A stretch of DNA of 64,000 nucleotides. It comes from Octopus sinensis. Its lineage: Eukaryota. A model generated the notes under the pieces. It searched no databases. It saw nothing but the letters and a program-made list of their open reading frames with translations, and was not told where the DNA came from. The stretch lies in the NCBI RefSeq assembly GCF_006345805.1, contig NC_043013.1:18476001-18540000 (forward strand), read 5' to 3'. Position 1 is the first letter of the stretch. Every line of letters begins with the position of its first letter. Shown here in pieces: positions 26,030-39,125 of this stretch. Position numbers and translations under genes: made by a program.

Positions 26030-26220
26030 AACATGAAAACACAAAGAGAAAACACAACAACGCGAGGACGTGCAACAAGTATAGTGATATTGGACGCTCA
26101 GGAAAGAAGGAGGATTTAGCGTTTCGAGCGGAGCTCTTCGTCAGAAACATAATAGGAGAAGGAAATCCAAGGAAGGGAAGACAGAGGAAAAAAATCGCCA
26201 GCAATACACACGCGGTCACA
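26027..26220 (-). mobile_element. ~200-bp hammerhead-bearing repeat (PLE terminal repeat or retrozyme-like)
   Basis: Contains the ribozyme listed next. Sister copy at 19466-19603. Abuts (TA)n. Confidence 0.7.
26087..26150 (-). ncRNA. Type I hammerhead ribozyme
   Basis: ATGTTT-CUGACGA-A-GAGC/ucc/GCUC-GAAA-CGCU/19-nt loop/AGCG-UC^-CAAUAU. All core residues are present, stems II and III are perfect, and stem I has 5 bp with a 1.1/2.1 mismatch. Predicted cleavage is after 26093. Confidence 0.7.
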
Positions 26221-26309
26221 TATTGAATGACCGGAAGGGAATGGGTGAAGAAAAAGTTATTTCAAAGACAGGCGATATATGTATATATATATATATTTGT
26301 GTGTGTGTT

Positions 26310-26360
<51 letters not shown>

Positions 26361-26419
26361 GTATCTTTGTACGTATATATCTATATGTGTGCGTTTTTGT
26401 GTCTGTGTTTATCCCTCCA

Positions 26420-26585
26420 CCGCTTGATCACCGGTTGATGTGCTTACATCCTGTAATCTAGTGGTTCGACAAACAAGACCGATAGAATATGTACTAAACT
26501 TTAAAAAAGTCGTGGGCTCGATTTGTTTGACCTTCAAGGCGGTGCCCAGCATGGCCATAGCCAAATGACAAAAACAAGTAACAAA
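26420..26585 (+). mobile_element. Family A SINE 3' tail fragment
   Basis: CGCTTGATCACCGG...GACCGATAGAAT...AAGGCGGTGCCCAGCATGGCC matches the tail of the 612-1017 copy. Confidence 0.65.
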
Positions 26586-26956
26586 TAAAGGTGTATTGAG
26601 AGCTTCATCTAATTTTCATGTCCTCGTGTTCTTTTGAACAGTGACATCATAATATATTATTTATATGGGTATACTCTACATTCAGTCTTTTCGTATATTT
26701 ATTACACATAGACATAGGACATAGCCCAGACTAGTTTGTAAATACTTGTGGAGCACTTTCAATGATTATATCCAGCGAGTAGATGAAGTGAGATGCGTCT
26801 TGTGAGGTTATGCATATCTAGTCACTACATCACACACACGCACGCATACACACACACACACACACACCACACACACACACACACGCTCGCACATATACAT
26901 ACATGCACGTGTATACATATGAATATAATATACATAAATAAATATAAATAATGTGT

Positions 26957-27001
<45 letters not shown>

Positions 27002-27004
27002 TAC

Positions 27005-27037
<33 letters not shown>

Positions 27038-27040
27038 TGC

Positions 27041-27107
<67 letters not shown>

Positions 27108-27416
27108 ATTCTATCGAGATAGATAGATAGAGGGAGGGAGGGAGAGAGTATGCGAATGTATGTGTGTGATTGTGTGTGTGTGCGCGCACGTTTGTGTCTG
27201 TGCTGACACGCACTCTCGCACATACACCCACATAAAGACACAAGCATATACAAATATACAGTTTACAAGAAGCTTACGTAAATTGAGTTTAAAAGTACAC
27301 GAATAAATGAAGGTTGTCTCTTGAGAGATGCCATGGCATAGTTTTATCACATGATCAACAAGCAGAGCCGGTAAAATCTATTGTAGACATTTCACAATAG
27401 TGCATTTCTATATAGA

Positions 27417-27768
27417 GCGGCGAGCTGGCAGAAACGTTAGCACGCCGGGCGAAATGTTTAGCTGTATTTCGTGTCTTTGCGTTGTGAGATCAAATTCCGC
27501 CGAGGTCGACTTTGCCTTTCATCCTTTCAGGGTCGATAAATTAAGTACCAGCTACGCACTGGGGTTGACGTAATTAACTTAATTCCTTTGTCTGTCCTTG
27601 TTTCTCTCCTCTATGTTTAACCCCTTGTGGGCAATAAAGAAATAAGAAACGTTAGCACGCCGGGCGAAATGGCTAGCTGTATTTCGCCTGTCTTTACGTT
27701 CTGAATTTAAATTCCGCCGAGGTCGACTTTGTCTTTTATCCTTTCGGGGTCGATAAATTCCCACTTAG
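27417..27768 (+). mobile_element. Family B SINE, tandem dimer (tail type 1)
   Basis: A full unit ending GGGCAATAAAGAAATA is followed directly by a second unit restarting at AGAAACGTTAGCACGCCGGGCG. Confidence 0.85.
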
Positions 27769-28258
27769 TCTCTCTCTCGTTCAGCGCATCCTCCCCATAT
27801 GACTACTGCAATCAATGACGCCACTCACATACTTGGGGATATTATGTATCTCAAACAATAAAGATTTAAAAACTTCAATTAAGATATAAGTTATTAGTGC
27901 AAAGAAGTGTGATTATTGTAACTTCACTTTGTTCTTCAAGAGAGTCCGGCAGTGATTCTCTGAGTGTTTATTTAGGAGAGAAATCTAAGAAGAATTACTG
28001 CATTGCAGTATTGTCTTATGGTGAAATAGATTTCGAGTGGATGCCGAGGATGTAAACGACGATTCATTGACAATGAGACTCTTAGGATGCTAGCAGAAGA
28101 ATATATTAAATATATAACACCATTTCACCATCACACGCACCGCTACCACCGGAAATATCCACAAGTTTCTTCCGTCTTTCAAGCATTAGCAGAGACAGGC
28201 CATTGACACTGAGTAAATAAACTGGCACTACAATAACACACACGCACACACACACACG

Positions 28259-28311
<53 letters not shown>

Positions 28312-28723
28312 CATTGAAGCTAAAAACTCTGCTGACCATTACTCTGTTTGACAGTATAGCCCAGTGATTCTCAACATGGTTGCATATGCCCCACCGGCGA
28401 GGCCTGGAAAATTATGGAGCGTGGAATCCCCCCAATTTTGTTTATTTTAGTCGGACGTGGCATTTCTTTTTCACTGCGAACATGCTACATGTATATTCAG
28501 CCGAGCCAAAATAATCCCTCCAACCAAGCACTGTGTTTGCTTCAGTATAGCGCTATTCTAATACCATAGTGTGGACATTTCTTTAAAGAAGATATATAAT
28601 TATGAAATATTAAAAATGAAGCTGTTTCTTCCAACCACTGGTCAGGAATACATGTTTCTGGAAAGATCTTGTGGGTCCTGGGGGGAAAGAGAACCCTAGC
28701 TGGCTTCTTCACGATTGTATGCT

Positions 28724-29111
28724 GGTGAAATACCTATTTCTTTACTACCCACAAGGGTCTAAACACAGAGGGGACAAACAAGGTGAGACAAACGAATTAT
28801 ATCGACCCCAGTGCGTAACTGGTACTTATTTAATTGACCCCGAAAGGATGAAAGGCAAAGTTGACCTCGGATGATGGTGAAATACCTATTTCTTTACTAC
28901 CCACAAGGGGCTAAACATAGAGGGGACAAACAAGGACAGACATAGGTATTAAGTCGATTATATTGACCCCAGTGCTAAACTGGTACTTTATTTATCAACC
29001 CCGAATGGATGAAAGGCAAAGTCGACCTCGGCGGAATTTGAACTCAGAACGTAACGACAGACGAAATACCGCTAAGCATTTCGCCCGGCGCGCTAACGTT
29101 TCTGCCAGCTC
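28724..29111 (-). mobile_element. Family B SINE, tandem dimer
   Basis: A full unit (29111-28873) plus a headless second unit (28872-28724). Both end GTAAAGAAATAGGTATTTCACCA. Confidence 0.85.
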
Positions 29112-29308
29112 AGCGTAAACAACCCTGCATGCAGCGATACTCAGAGTAGAAGGTCAACTTTTGATTTAATAAGAAATATACATAACCATAGTCCACCCAC
29201 TATTCACCAAGTTCTATGATTTACTTTGGTCGGTTTTGTAACAAACAAGATGAGAAGAAACTGCTGGCTCCTAATTAAAACTTAGCGGGTCCCCTCACTT
29301 CTCTGATA

Positions 29309-29545
29309 GTGGAGGCACGTGGGTTAGTGTTTAGGGTGTTGGACTCATGATTGTGAGATTATCGTTTTGATTCCTGGACCGGGCGATGCGCTGTTTTCTT
29401 GAGCAAAACACTTCATTTCACGTTACTCCAGTCCACTCAATTGGCAAAAGTGAGTAATCCTGCGACGGACCTACGTTCCGTCCAATGTATGCCATGAAAT
29501 CAGGAAACAGGCCCGTATGGGTTGACTCGAAAAGGTTACTTTACC
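29309..29545 (+). mobile_element. tRNA-derived SINE with a CORE-like central domain
   Basis: GGAGGCACGTGGGTTAGTG head, then CTTGAGCAAAACACTTCATTTCAC...CCAGTCCACTCA...CCTGCGACGGAC, resembling CORE-type SINE bodies (by eye). Confidence 0.55.
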
Positions 29546-29935
29546 TTTTTTTTTGTTTACCTTGCTCATCTCATAGTGCAGCATCTATTTCTGAAAAGAT
29601 GGGAGAGTGAGACAAAAAGAGAGAGGAAGCGAGAAGGAATGTGAGAGGGAGAGGGTGAGAGAGGAGAATCGATTCCCAAGACTTAATCGATACTTTATTG
29701 TATCGATCTCCGGAAAAATGAAAGCTAAAGATAATCTCAGCAAGATTCGAACTCAGAATGTAAAGATCCGATGTAATTACCGCTCGATATTTACTGGACA
29801 TTCAAACAATCCACAGGCTGGTAATACATATAGACATGTGCATGTGCATATACTCAGGCGGCATATCTGCATGAGTATATACACATGCACATGCCTGTAT
29901 GTATTACCAGAGGCACAAACACACAAACATATACA

Positions 29936-29975
<40 letters not shown>

Positions 29976-30079
29976 CATATATATATACATATGCATATAT
30001 ATACACACATATATATATATGTCTATATGTATATATATGCATATATATATATCAACACACATATACTTTTGTGTTTGTG

Positions 30080-30132
<53 letters not shown>

Positions 30133-31099
30133 ACACATTTGTGTGTGTATGTGTGTGTGTGCGTCTGCGTGTGTATGTGTGTGTGTGTCTGTGTGTGTGC
30201 ATCTGTATGTTTGCAAGTGTGATTATTCAATTAAATATTCTTCTTTAAAAGAAAATTCTGCCAAGAATTCTATCAGATCAGAAACCATAAGAAAGAAACA
30301 GTTAAGAAAGAGTTTGAGGCTATGGAATTTCCGCCGTCACCGACACCAACGTCACCACCAGCACCACCACACACCAGCACCGTCAGCACCGCCAGCATTT
30401 CTCAACAAATTGATTTCACAACAGGCCATCAAAACAAAGTGTCTTTAGCTTAACCCAGAAGCAAAGACCTTTGCCGTTTTCTTTACTGAACCAAAATGGC
30501 AAATGACAATCGACATTTAAAATAAAACCTCAACAGAACTGACTAAGAATTAAAGCTACTTCCCTACGGCACATTAATTCAATAGTTCTACAAGAAACAA
30601 CGACAGCATCAACATCAATATCAGCAACAACAACATCAATATCGTCAATAACAACAAGAACAAAAGCAACAGCGCCAACAACGACTGAAGAGTCTTAATC
30701 TGAGATTAATCTTTCTAACATTAAGCTCTTCGTTAAACTCAAAATTAGTCTTGAAAACTGCAAATCCTCTCTCCCATATGTATAAGACTGGAATATAAAA
30801 TTATCGTGTTTAAGACGTGATAATTTGATAAGAAACTAACTTTTAAATATTGCATTTAATGTCTTTTTCGAAGTCGTTTAATTAAAAAGATTAACTGTAG
30901 ATTAATGACATTTTATTCATAAATTGTCCTCGATTGTAATCTTGCATTTTCGAAAATGTCGGGAAAGTGGGACATCCGATGACAGCAATAATAAAAAAAA
31001 AAAAATTGACAATGGAGTATTCTTATACAGTAATACAAGAATCGAGGTTTCGAATTTAGCAACACTCATCAAATATTTAACATTGACGGACAGCTAATA

Positions 31100-32299
31100 C
31101 AAGGGGAAGTAAAAAATTATCTGCATTTTCGCCAAAACTTTCTTTAGATAAGTCTCACTGCCTTCAGCGCTTGCACGCTAAAATATGGTACTCTTGCAGT
31201 TAAGTAAGATGTGACCTTGATCGCTCGAGTTTCTTTTTTTGCGTTATAAGAGTGAACATGGCCGCTCTGTTGGTAGTGTGCTCCAAGGAATAACAGAGAT
31301 CAGTACTCTGAAGATGTCTTCAGTACAATACAGGGACAGCGCTCTACCGCACAGAAATGTGTATAAGAGGATCGAGGAGTTTAAAAGGTGTCGGATAAGC
31401 GTGAAGCGCAAAGAGGGTACAGGACGCCCATCAATCTCTACCACTGACGTGAAGATTCAACTCTCTCCAGAGATGGTTTTAGCGAACCCACGAGTGACCA
31501 TCGATGGTGTGGTATGTTTTTATGCAAATTAATGATAGTTTTACATACGAAATCATTCGCGATAAGCGTATGTGTGTGCGTAATGTGTGTGCGAGATGGG
31601 TGCCAAGATGGCTTACCGAAGCGTATAAATGCCATCGTGTGAACTATCAACGCTTATGTGACCGCTACAACGATGAAAGGCGAAGCTTTTTGAAGGGAGG
31701 GTTCATCACTTTGAATCTGAATCCAATGGTAGCCTATGGGGAGGAAACATCCGGAATAACTAGCGAAAACGCAATTCAAGACTCAACCTCACGCAGAAAA
31801 AGTGACGCTAACCGTTTTTTGTGACTCAAAAGGGTTACACTGGAACATTACCTGGGACGAGAGGTCTACAGTCACCGTTGTAAGTTACAGTGAAATGCTG
31901 GCCAATAAACTGGAACCAGCAATTCACACCAAATTCCGTGGTCTATTGTCAAAGAACCGTTGAAACTATTGAAGAATTAAGTTTTGAGTTGTTGAAACAC
32001 AGTGCATACAGTCCAGAACTTGTTCTTCCGACTGCTACCTTTTTGTGCTGCTCAAGCATGTTTTACGAGGACGTCGATTTGCTACAGACGAAGAAGCTCA
32101 GGAAGTGGTACACGAACGGTTGCGCAATCAGTTGAAAATTTACTTCTTCGACAAAATAAGCAAGCTTGTGGACCGCTGCAAGAAGTGCGTCGCAAAGCAA
32201 AAAACTATGCCGCAAAAATGATGTAATTCTTCACCTTCTACTTTTATTTCAATAAATTACAGAAACAAGAGTTCGTATAATTTTTTTTACTCTCCTTTG
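31100..32299 (+). mobile_element. Decayed mariner transposon (~1.2 kb) with frameshifted transposase
   Basis: Peptides GRPS...RVTI, VCARWVPRWLT (WVPHEL motif) and HSAYSPEL (HPPYSPDL motif). Imperfect TIRs CAAGGGGAAGTAAAAAATTAT / ATAATTTTTTTTACTCTCCTTTG, with TA on the left. Confidence 0.85.
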
Positions 32300-32764
32300 T
32301 TGTAGTTCTGTTGCGTTTATTCTTTAATAATAGTTTTAATCCAGCAGATCCTTGAACAAAGACATTCGAGCTGTAACCACACTCTCCTTTTGTTTATACA
32401 AGACTAGGTATCTGTGTTTTGCTTTTTACAAAACGTTGTGATTTGAGGGAGAAGTCGTTGCTATTTCTACCAGTTGAGACTATCTATGAAGAGGATCCTC
32501 AGTAAGCTAGTAATAATAATGGTTATATTTTTGTGTAGTCCCATGTCAACTGCGATTAAACAAAAATATGAACAAAGGAGCTCCAACTATAACCATCTCG
32601 TCATTTTCATATTTATCGAGAAGCTCCCCTCATGCCATTACATTTTCTTGAAGACGAGTTAGGTGGGATTTGAAGGAGATTTGGCAACTATGTCTCTTAG
32701 GTCAAGTAACCGAGTAGTTCATCCGTAATAGTAGAGTCTATTCTGATGATAATAGTGTTGGCGG

Positions 32765-32987
32765 TAAATACGTTAGCACGCCGGGCGAAATGCTTAGTGG
32801 CATTTCGTCTGCGGTTACATTCTGAGTTCAAATTCCGCCGAGGTCGACTTTGCCTTTCATCCTTTCGGGGTCGATAAATTAAGAACCAGTTACGCACTGG
32901 GGTCGATATAATCGACTTAATTCGTTTGTCTGTCCTTGTTTTTCCTCTCTGTGTTTAGCCCCTTGTGGGTAGTAAAGAAATAGGTAT
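32765..32987 (+). mobile_element. Family B SINE (tail type 1)
   Basis: Near-consensus copy ending GGGTAGTAAAGAAATAGGTATT. Confidence 0.85.
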
Positions 32988-33399
32988 TGTTGATTATTGT
33001 TATTATTTGGCTTCAGGTCAACTTTGATCTAGCAGATCTATTATCAAAGCTGTTCCAAGCATTGATCATTCCATTTTTCGGTAATAGTCTATGTAGGCCC
33101 GCTCATCAGAGGAGAATCATCTTTCACTCTTCTACTTGCGAAAAGAAATTTACAGTAATCGCTATTTAAATCGGTCACAAGTAAGTATTTAGCTTTAATG
33201 TCTAAAGAAGTTTGCATATATTGTGTTTCTGTCGACAGCCAGATTAAATTGCTAATTATTTTTATAGACGAACAGTATGTACTAGAAAATCTAAGTTATA
33301 TACAATCTAGTTATCTACAGTGTGTAACGTGTGTCTGAGTGCGCGCGTGTGTGCGTGTCTGAGTGCGAGTGTGTGTCTGAGTGTGTGTGTGTCTGAGTA

Positions 33400-33430
<31 letters not shown>

Positions 33431-33434
33431 GTGC

Positions 33435-33780
33435 CTTGAAGACCTTTTAGTCGGATGAATCGACGCCAGTAATTATTTTCTTATTATGCCTGGCACTTAT
33501 TCCGTCAGCTTCTTTGCGGAACCGCAAGTTACGAAGACGCAAATACACCAACACCGATTGTCAGGCGATAGTAGGAGACAAACACAGACACAAAGACACA
33601 CGCGAGCGTGCACACACACACACACACACACACATAGGGCTTCTTTCAGTTTCCGTCTACCAAATTCACTCACAAAGCTTTGGTCGGTCCGAGATTATAA
33701 TAAAAGATAGTTGCCAAAATTGCGACGCGATGGGACCGAACCCGAGAAGCAAGCTTCTTACCACATAGTCACGTCTGCAT
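33435..33780 (-). mobile_element. Family A SINE
   Basis: Head, (GT)n spacer and tail as in 612-1017. Confidence 0.75.
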
Positions 33781-33977
33781 ATATGTAAGAAGTTAAATAC
33801 GTACTCTACTGAAATATACTGAGTTATTCATCAGTTTACTGGTACTAAATTGTTTGTGTATATAACTTGATTGTGCACGTATGTGTGGTTTTTTATACGT
33901 GAGTGTGTATGTGTGTTTGTATGTGTGTACATCCAACCACTGATATACACCGGTGATTTTTGAACAATGTCCCTTGA

Positions 33978-34373
33978 AGGCGGCGAGCTAGCAGAATCGT
34001 TAGCACGCCGGGCAAAATGAGTTACAGTATTTCGTCTGCCGCTACGTTCTGAGTTCAAATTCCGCCGATGTCGACTTTGCCTTTCATCCTTTCGATTAAA
34101 TAAGTACCAGTTACGCACTGGGGTCGATATAATCGACTTAACCCGTTTGTCTGTCCTTGTTTGTCCCCTCTGTGTTTAGCCCCTTGTGGGTAGTAAAGAA
34201 ATAGGTATTTCGCCCGTCGTAGCGTTCTGAGTTCAAATTCCGCCGAGGTCGACTTTGCCTTTCATCATATCGGAGTCGATAAATTAAGTACCAGTAATCG
34301 ACTTAATCCGTTTGCCTGTCCTTGTTTGTCCCCTCCGTGTTTAGCCCCCTGTGGGTAGTAAAAAAATAGGCAT
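33978..34373 (+). mobile_element. Family B SINE, tandem dimer
   Basis: Unit 1 ends AAAGAAATAGGTATTTCG, which continues directly as the internal GGTATTTCG of unit 2. Confidence 0.85.
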
Positions 34374-35689
34374 TTAGTCCCTTGTCACTATAATTGTCGC
34401 ACATACGACGAACTTGTGAGTGACTGTTCGATGGAAGCCTATTCTTTTGGACGGTAATGTTTAGCAGCTGACATATAAAATAAAATGGATCGATCTCTAC
34501 TTTTAAAAAGACAGCGGGATTCATGTCGTGACTGGGGTTCTTCTGATCGTAGGCCAGTTGTTTAACGGTTGACCTAGGGTTCAACAACAACAACGACGAC
34601 GACGACGACGACGACGACGACAATAACAACAACAACAACGAAGAAATATCGCTCCACAAGAACTGAGGCGAACGTTGTCCTCTGTTGAAAGAACATGAGG
34701 TTAAACGAAGCAATTGATTAGCCAGCTGGATAATTAAAACGACGGGACTGTTGTTGTTGCTATTGTTGGTGTTGTTGTTAAGGTGCTGGTGAAGATTGAT
34801 GGACCCAGATCAAAGGTGCGTTGCCACAGTGACAGGTGCTGTGAGGAGGATTTCAGACATATTCAAGATTTTGGCTCTGAAGATTTTGGCTCTGAAAAGA
34901 AATCTTTGCTGATAGAGAAGGGGAGCGATTGTCTAAGAAGCTGCGTTTGTATCAATATTTATTAAACATGGGGGTGGCGGTGTGAGGTATGGTGGCGGTT
35001 GGGTAGTGGTAGTAGTAGTAGTAGTGGTGGTGGTGGTAATAGTAATAGCGGTGGCATGAGGTACGGTGTTGGTCGGGAAGTGGCTGCGGGGATGTTGGTG
35101 TCATGAGTTACGATGATGGAGACGATAGTGGCGTGTGGTACGGCGGTGTTGGTGGGGGAAATAGTAGTGGTAAATAGGTGATGGAGGCACGGTGGTAGAG
35201 TTGTCGTGGTGGTTTAGGTGGCATGAGGTAGGGGTGGTTGTGCTAGTAGGAATATGATGGTGGTAGTGGTGATAGTGGTGGTGGTATAGTGCGGATGGTA
35301 ATAGTGGTAGCAACGGTGATGGTGGTGGTGGTGGTGGCGGTGGTTTGTTTGAGGTATATCGGTGATGGTGTTGATGGCGGCTTGAGTTACGGTGGTAGCG
35401 GTGGTATTATGAGATATGGAGGTGATAGCTGACGTTGCAGTGGTGTTGGTATGAGGTATGCAGGTCTGTTGCTATTCGGCCATGATGGTACTTGTATGAG
35501 GTATGGAGGTGGTGACGACGATGGTAGTGTTGACAGTGGTTAGTGCTGTTGTTTCGTTGTGATTGTGTTGCTTAGCCCCCGAGTTTTACCGTCTTCCCCC
35601 ACCACTCCCTGAAATGGTGCCCTTTCTACGAGTGGTGTAGGGAGTGGTAGGCTGTGCTTTGAGGGATATTTCGTTACTGTTTCTAATAA

Positions 35690-36070
35690 AATTTGTTTTC
35701 ACCTTTACGCTCTGAGTTCAAATTTCGCCGAGGCTAGTTTGGCCTTTCATCATCCTCGGATCGATAAATCAACTGCCCGTCTAAGCCAGCATACCGTAGA
35801 TTAGCATGGTAAAACAGATACCAGATCTCCTGCCCGTCCTCGGAGTTCCAACAACCGGTGCAATGACACTCCGGTTGAGATACGCTAATGTTACATCGAT
35901 AGTTTCTATCTGTAACATCCTATATTGTTTCCAATACAAAGACGGGCATTGGGCAGAGTCGGTAGAGCGTCCGATAGAATACCATGTCATATTCGTATCG
36001 GATCTTTGCATTCTGAGTCGAAATCCTGACCTAATAAAGTTTGCCTCTTATCCTTTCAGGGTCGATAAAG
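35690..36070 (+). mobile_element. Two partial family B SINE heads (35690-35775 and 35950-36070)
   Basis: TCTGAGTTCAAATTTCGCCGAGG... and GGCAGAGTCGGTAG...CCTTTCAGGGTCGATAAA. Confidence 0.6.
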
Positions 36071-36199
36071 CAACACTCTTACGAAACTGAAACTATCCTT
36101 CATTCTTCCCTAATATTTTCTGACCATGCTTCATTGTCTCTGTGAAACCTAGACCCACCGTCTACTCACAACTTTGACATCATACACCAAACACGCACT

Positions 36200-36860
36200 T
36201 ATTCCATAAATAGATACTTCAAAAACATCCTGCTTTGGGGATATGCAAATTTCTTTTTTTAACTGCAAGAAAGTACAGACGCTACTCGTATCAGGAAAAC
36301 TTCATCGTACCTCTCACGCCTTTAATAATAGGCATCACTAAACAAGAGCCCTTGTAATTGTTCCAGTTGCTGGTCTTCATTATCACCAAGGATCTCTTTT
36401 GGCGAAAGCACATCCTTAACCAAGCTGGGATTGCATCTCAGCGACTGACCCTTTTCTTCAGAGAAAGAAGCTCCTTCATCTCTCAATGGTTATTGATATT
36501 CTACAAAACTCAGGTGAGATTCATAATGGAGTGCAGCGCCTACATCTGGGATGCTGCGGCTGCTACGCACACACACACAAACATCCACCCACACTAACAC
36601 ACATATACATACTCACACACAAACACATAAACAAACACACACACACAATCATAGATGATACCCAGCAAAGGGTCACGCAACTGATTGGCTTAAACTCATC
36701 TACAGATACGCTTCAGCCTTTGGCTCACCGGAGCGATTTCTCTTCTTTCTGCCTTGTATACGGCTACTCTAGCGGCCTCTGTTTCTCTGAGCTGACTGAA
36801 CTCAAGCCATCTCTACTCAAGCATTGCCATCCCACTCTCCCTCCCTTCTACCTTCTCCTC
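36200..36860 (+). pseudogene. CR1/L2-group LINE relic (end of RT and C-terminus)
   Basis: Peptides ILLWGYAN..FNCKKVQTLLVS, ITKDLFWRKHI...ASQRL, FYKTQVRFIMECSAYIW and DTQQRVTQLIG...LQPLAHRSDFSSFCLVYGY follow the LYK.QVRP.MEY.S..W...L..L.HRR pattern. A (CA)n tract interrupts it. Confidence 0.7.
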
Positions 36861-36862
36861 CA

Positions 36863-36982
36863 TCTAACTGTTCTCTCTAGCGTGCAAGGAGTCCTATGAT
36901 GGATGCGTATTATGTGTTTAAAAGTACACAGTATTTATATACATCATATATGTATATATATATATATATTATATATATATAT

Positions 36983-37072
<90 letters not shown>

Positions 37073-37413
37073 GACATACATATATATGAATGTATCTACC
37101 TATATATATCTATATATATATATATATATGCATGCATGAATACATATGTACATACATTCATACATGCATGCATTCATGCATACATAAATACATTCATACG
37201 TACATACGTACATACATGCATAAATTTACATATACTCCCATGTGGATATGAATGTCTAAGCATAAATTATCAAAAGTAAACAACTATAGTGAACTAACAA
37301 CAAACTTATAGGTCTTATTTACGGTCTGTAGATTTTCATTTGCGTATATTATCATAGACACACTGGGTTGCGTAACAGCTTATTTGCATGACAGATTAAA
37401 AATGGTGGGGTTT
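36863..37413 (+). repeat. Dispersed direct duplicate of 23823-24966 (minus an insert)
   Basis: About 230 bp of unique-looking sequence (ATATGAATGTCTAAGCATAAATTATC...GACAGAACAAGTCAAA) is nearly identical at 24780-24966, and the upstream module and microsatellites are also shared. Confidence 0.85.
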
Positions 37414-37734
37414 TCAAAGACAGAACAAGTCAAACTTTATCATTTTTCTTATCTACCGCCTCCCTTTCACTGCCCTCACATCCCATCGCTTTTCTTATGT
37501 CCACCCATCACTCACCCCTCCCTACCCACTGTACCCCGAATGCCACCCCGATCTCCGAACTTCCCTCCCTGCTCATGACTTCCCTCCCTGCTCAGATAAT
37601 GATTTACAAGGTTAAAGAGGAACTTTAACAGCACCGATGACTCCGATCCATCGGGGCTTCTGTGTGCGTGTGTGTCGGTGTATATGTGTGTGTACATATG
37701 TGTCTGTCTATCCAAAATACACACTCACACGTAC

Positions 37735-37870
37735 AGTTTTCATCTACAAAATTCATTCAGGTGGCATTGGGCAGTCCGGGCTATAGTAGAAGACATTTGC
37801 CTAAGGTGACGTGCAGTGGGGCTGAACCCAAAATCACGAGCTTCGTAGCCGCCCAGCCATACCTACGCCT
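37735..37870 (-). mobile_element. Diverged family A SINE head
   Basis: CTATAGTAGAAGACATTTGCCTAAGGTG...GAACCC matches family A. Confidence 0.6.
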
Positions 37871-38129
37871 ACATACAATAGATTGCCAAAAGAAATGTCC
37901 TAGGGATAGAAGATCTCAGCTCTTTGGGATGGGGCTGAAAACAATTATAGTTAGCCTAGTATGGGTGGTGGGTTCTTATTTTGTGGAACCCTGAACGATG
38001 AGAGACGAAGTCAGCTCCTAGAGGATTTGAACAGAGAACGGAAGATGAAAGAAGTAAAAAGCTGAAAGTTGTTTGGGGTGGACATTATAGATTCTATACG
38101 AAATTGTAGACAATAACTGGAACAATACC

Positions 38130-38470
38130 ACCACGATGACGACGACGACGACAACGACGACGACGACGACGACCACCACCACCACCACTACCACCACTAC
38201 CATCACAACTACCATCACGACTACGAATACGACCACAACTACAATATCCGCCACGTCCGCAACCGCCACGACCACGTGCAGCAGCAGCAGCAGCACTACC
38301 ACCACCACCACCACCACCATGGCCGCCGCCATCATCGTTGCCACCACCGATGCCACCACCATCATCACTGCCACTACCCCCGCCGCCAACACCGCCGCTG
38401 TCACGACGACGACGACGACGACGACCACCACCACCAACAGTACCAACAACAACAACAGCAGCAGCAGCAA
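38130..38470. repeat. Degenerate (ACG/ACC/AGC)n tract
   Basis: Direct reading. Confidence 0.85.
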
Positions 38471-38654
38471 AACGACCAAAGATTTTTTTCTCCAAGGTCT
38501 GGGGTCTCCCGCCCCTAAGACCTAATCACCCTTAACAACAACAACAACAACAACAGCAGTCATATTTACAACTGCAGTAACATGCACAACAATAAACAAT
38601 ATCAATCAAAATTACACAAAAACAGCAGCAATATGATGGAGGACAACATCGACG

Positions 38655-39017
38655 ATAAAGATGATGATGATGATGACGATGATGACGATGATGATGGTGA
38701 TGATGACGATGATGATGATGATGACGATGATGATGATGATGACGATGATGATGATGATGACGATGATGATGATGATGATGACGACGATGATGATGATGAT
38801 AATGATGACGATGATGATGATGATGATTATGATGATGATGATGACGATGATGATGATGATGACGATGATGATGATGATGATGATGATGACGATGATGATG
38901 ATGATGATGATGATGACGATGATGACGATGATGATGATGACGATGATGACGATGACGACGATGATGATGATGATGATGATGATGACGATGATGATGATGA
39001 TGATGATGATGATGACG

Positions 39018-39048
<31 letters not shown>

Positions 39049-39125
39049 TGATGATAATGATAAACATGATGATGATGACAACGATGATGATGATGATGAA
39101 CATCATCATCATCATCATCATCGTC
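38655..39125. repeat. ~450-bp (GAT/GAC)n microsatellite
   Basis: Direct reading. It generates the poly-D/M/H/I ORFs. Confidence 0.95.

Noticed and set aside
28371-28637. hAT-like MITE (CAGTGATTCTCAAC ... CAACCACTG)
   Set aside because: The right TIR is poor and the flanking 8-mers do not match.
30245-30448. Protein-like frame KFCQEFYQIRNH...EFPPSPTPTSPP on the plus strand
   Set aside because: Short, partly (CAC)n-derived, with a weak acceptor and no recognisable homology.
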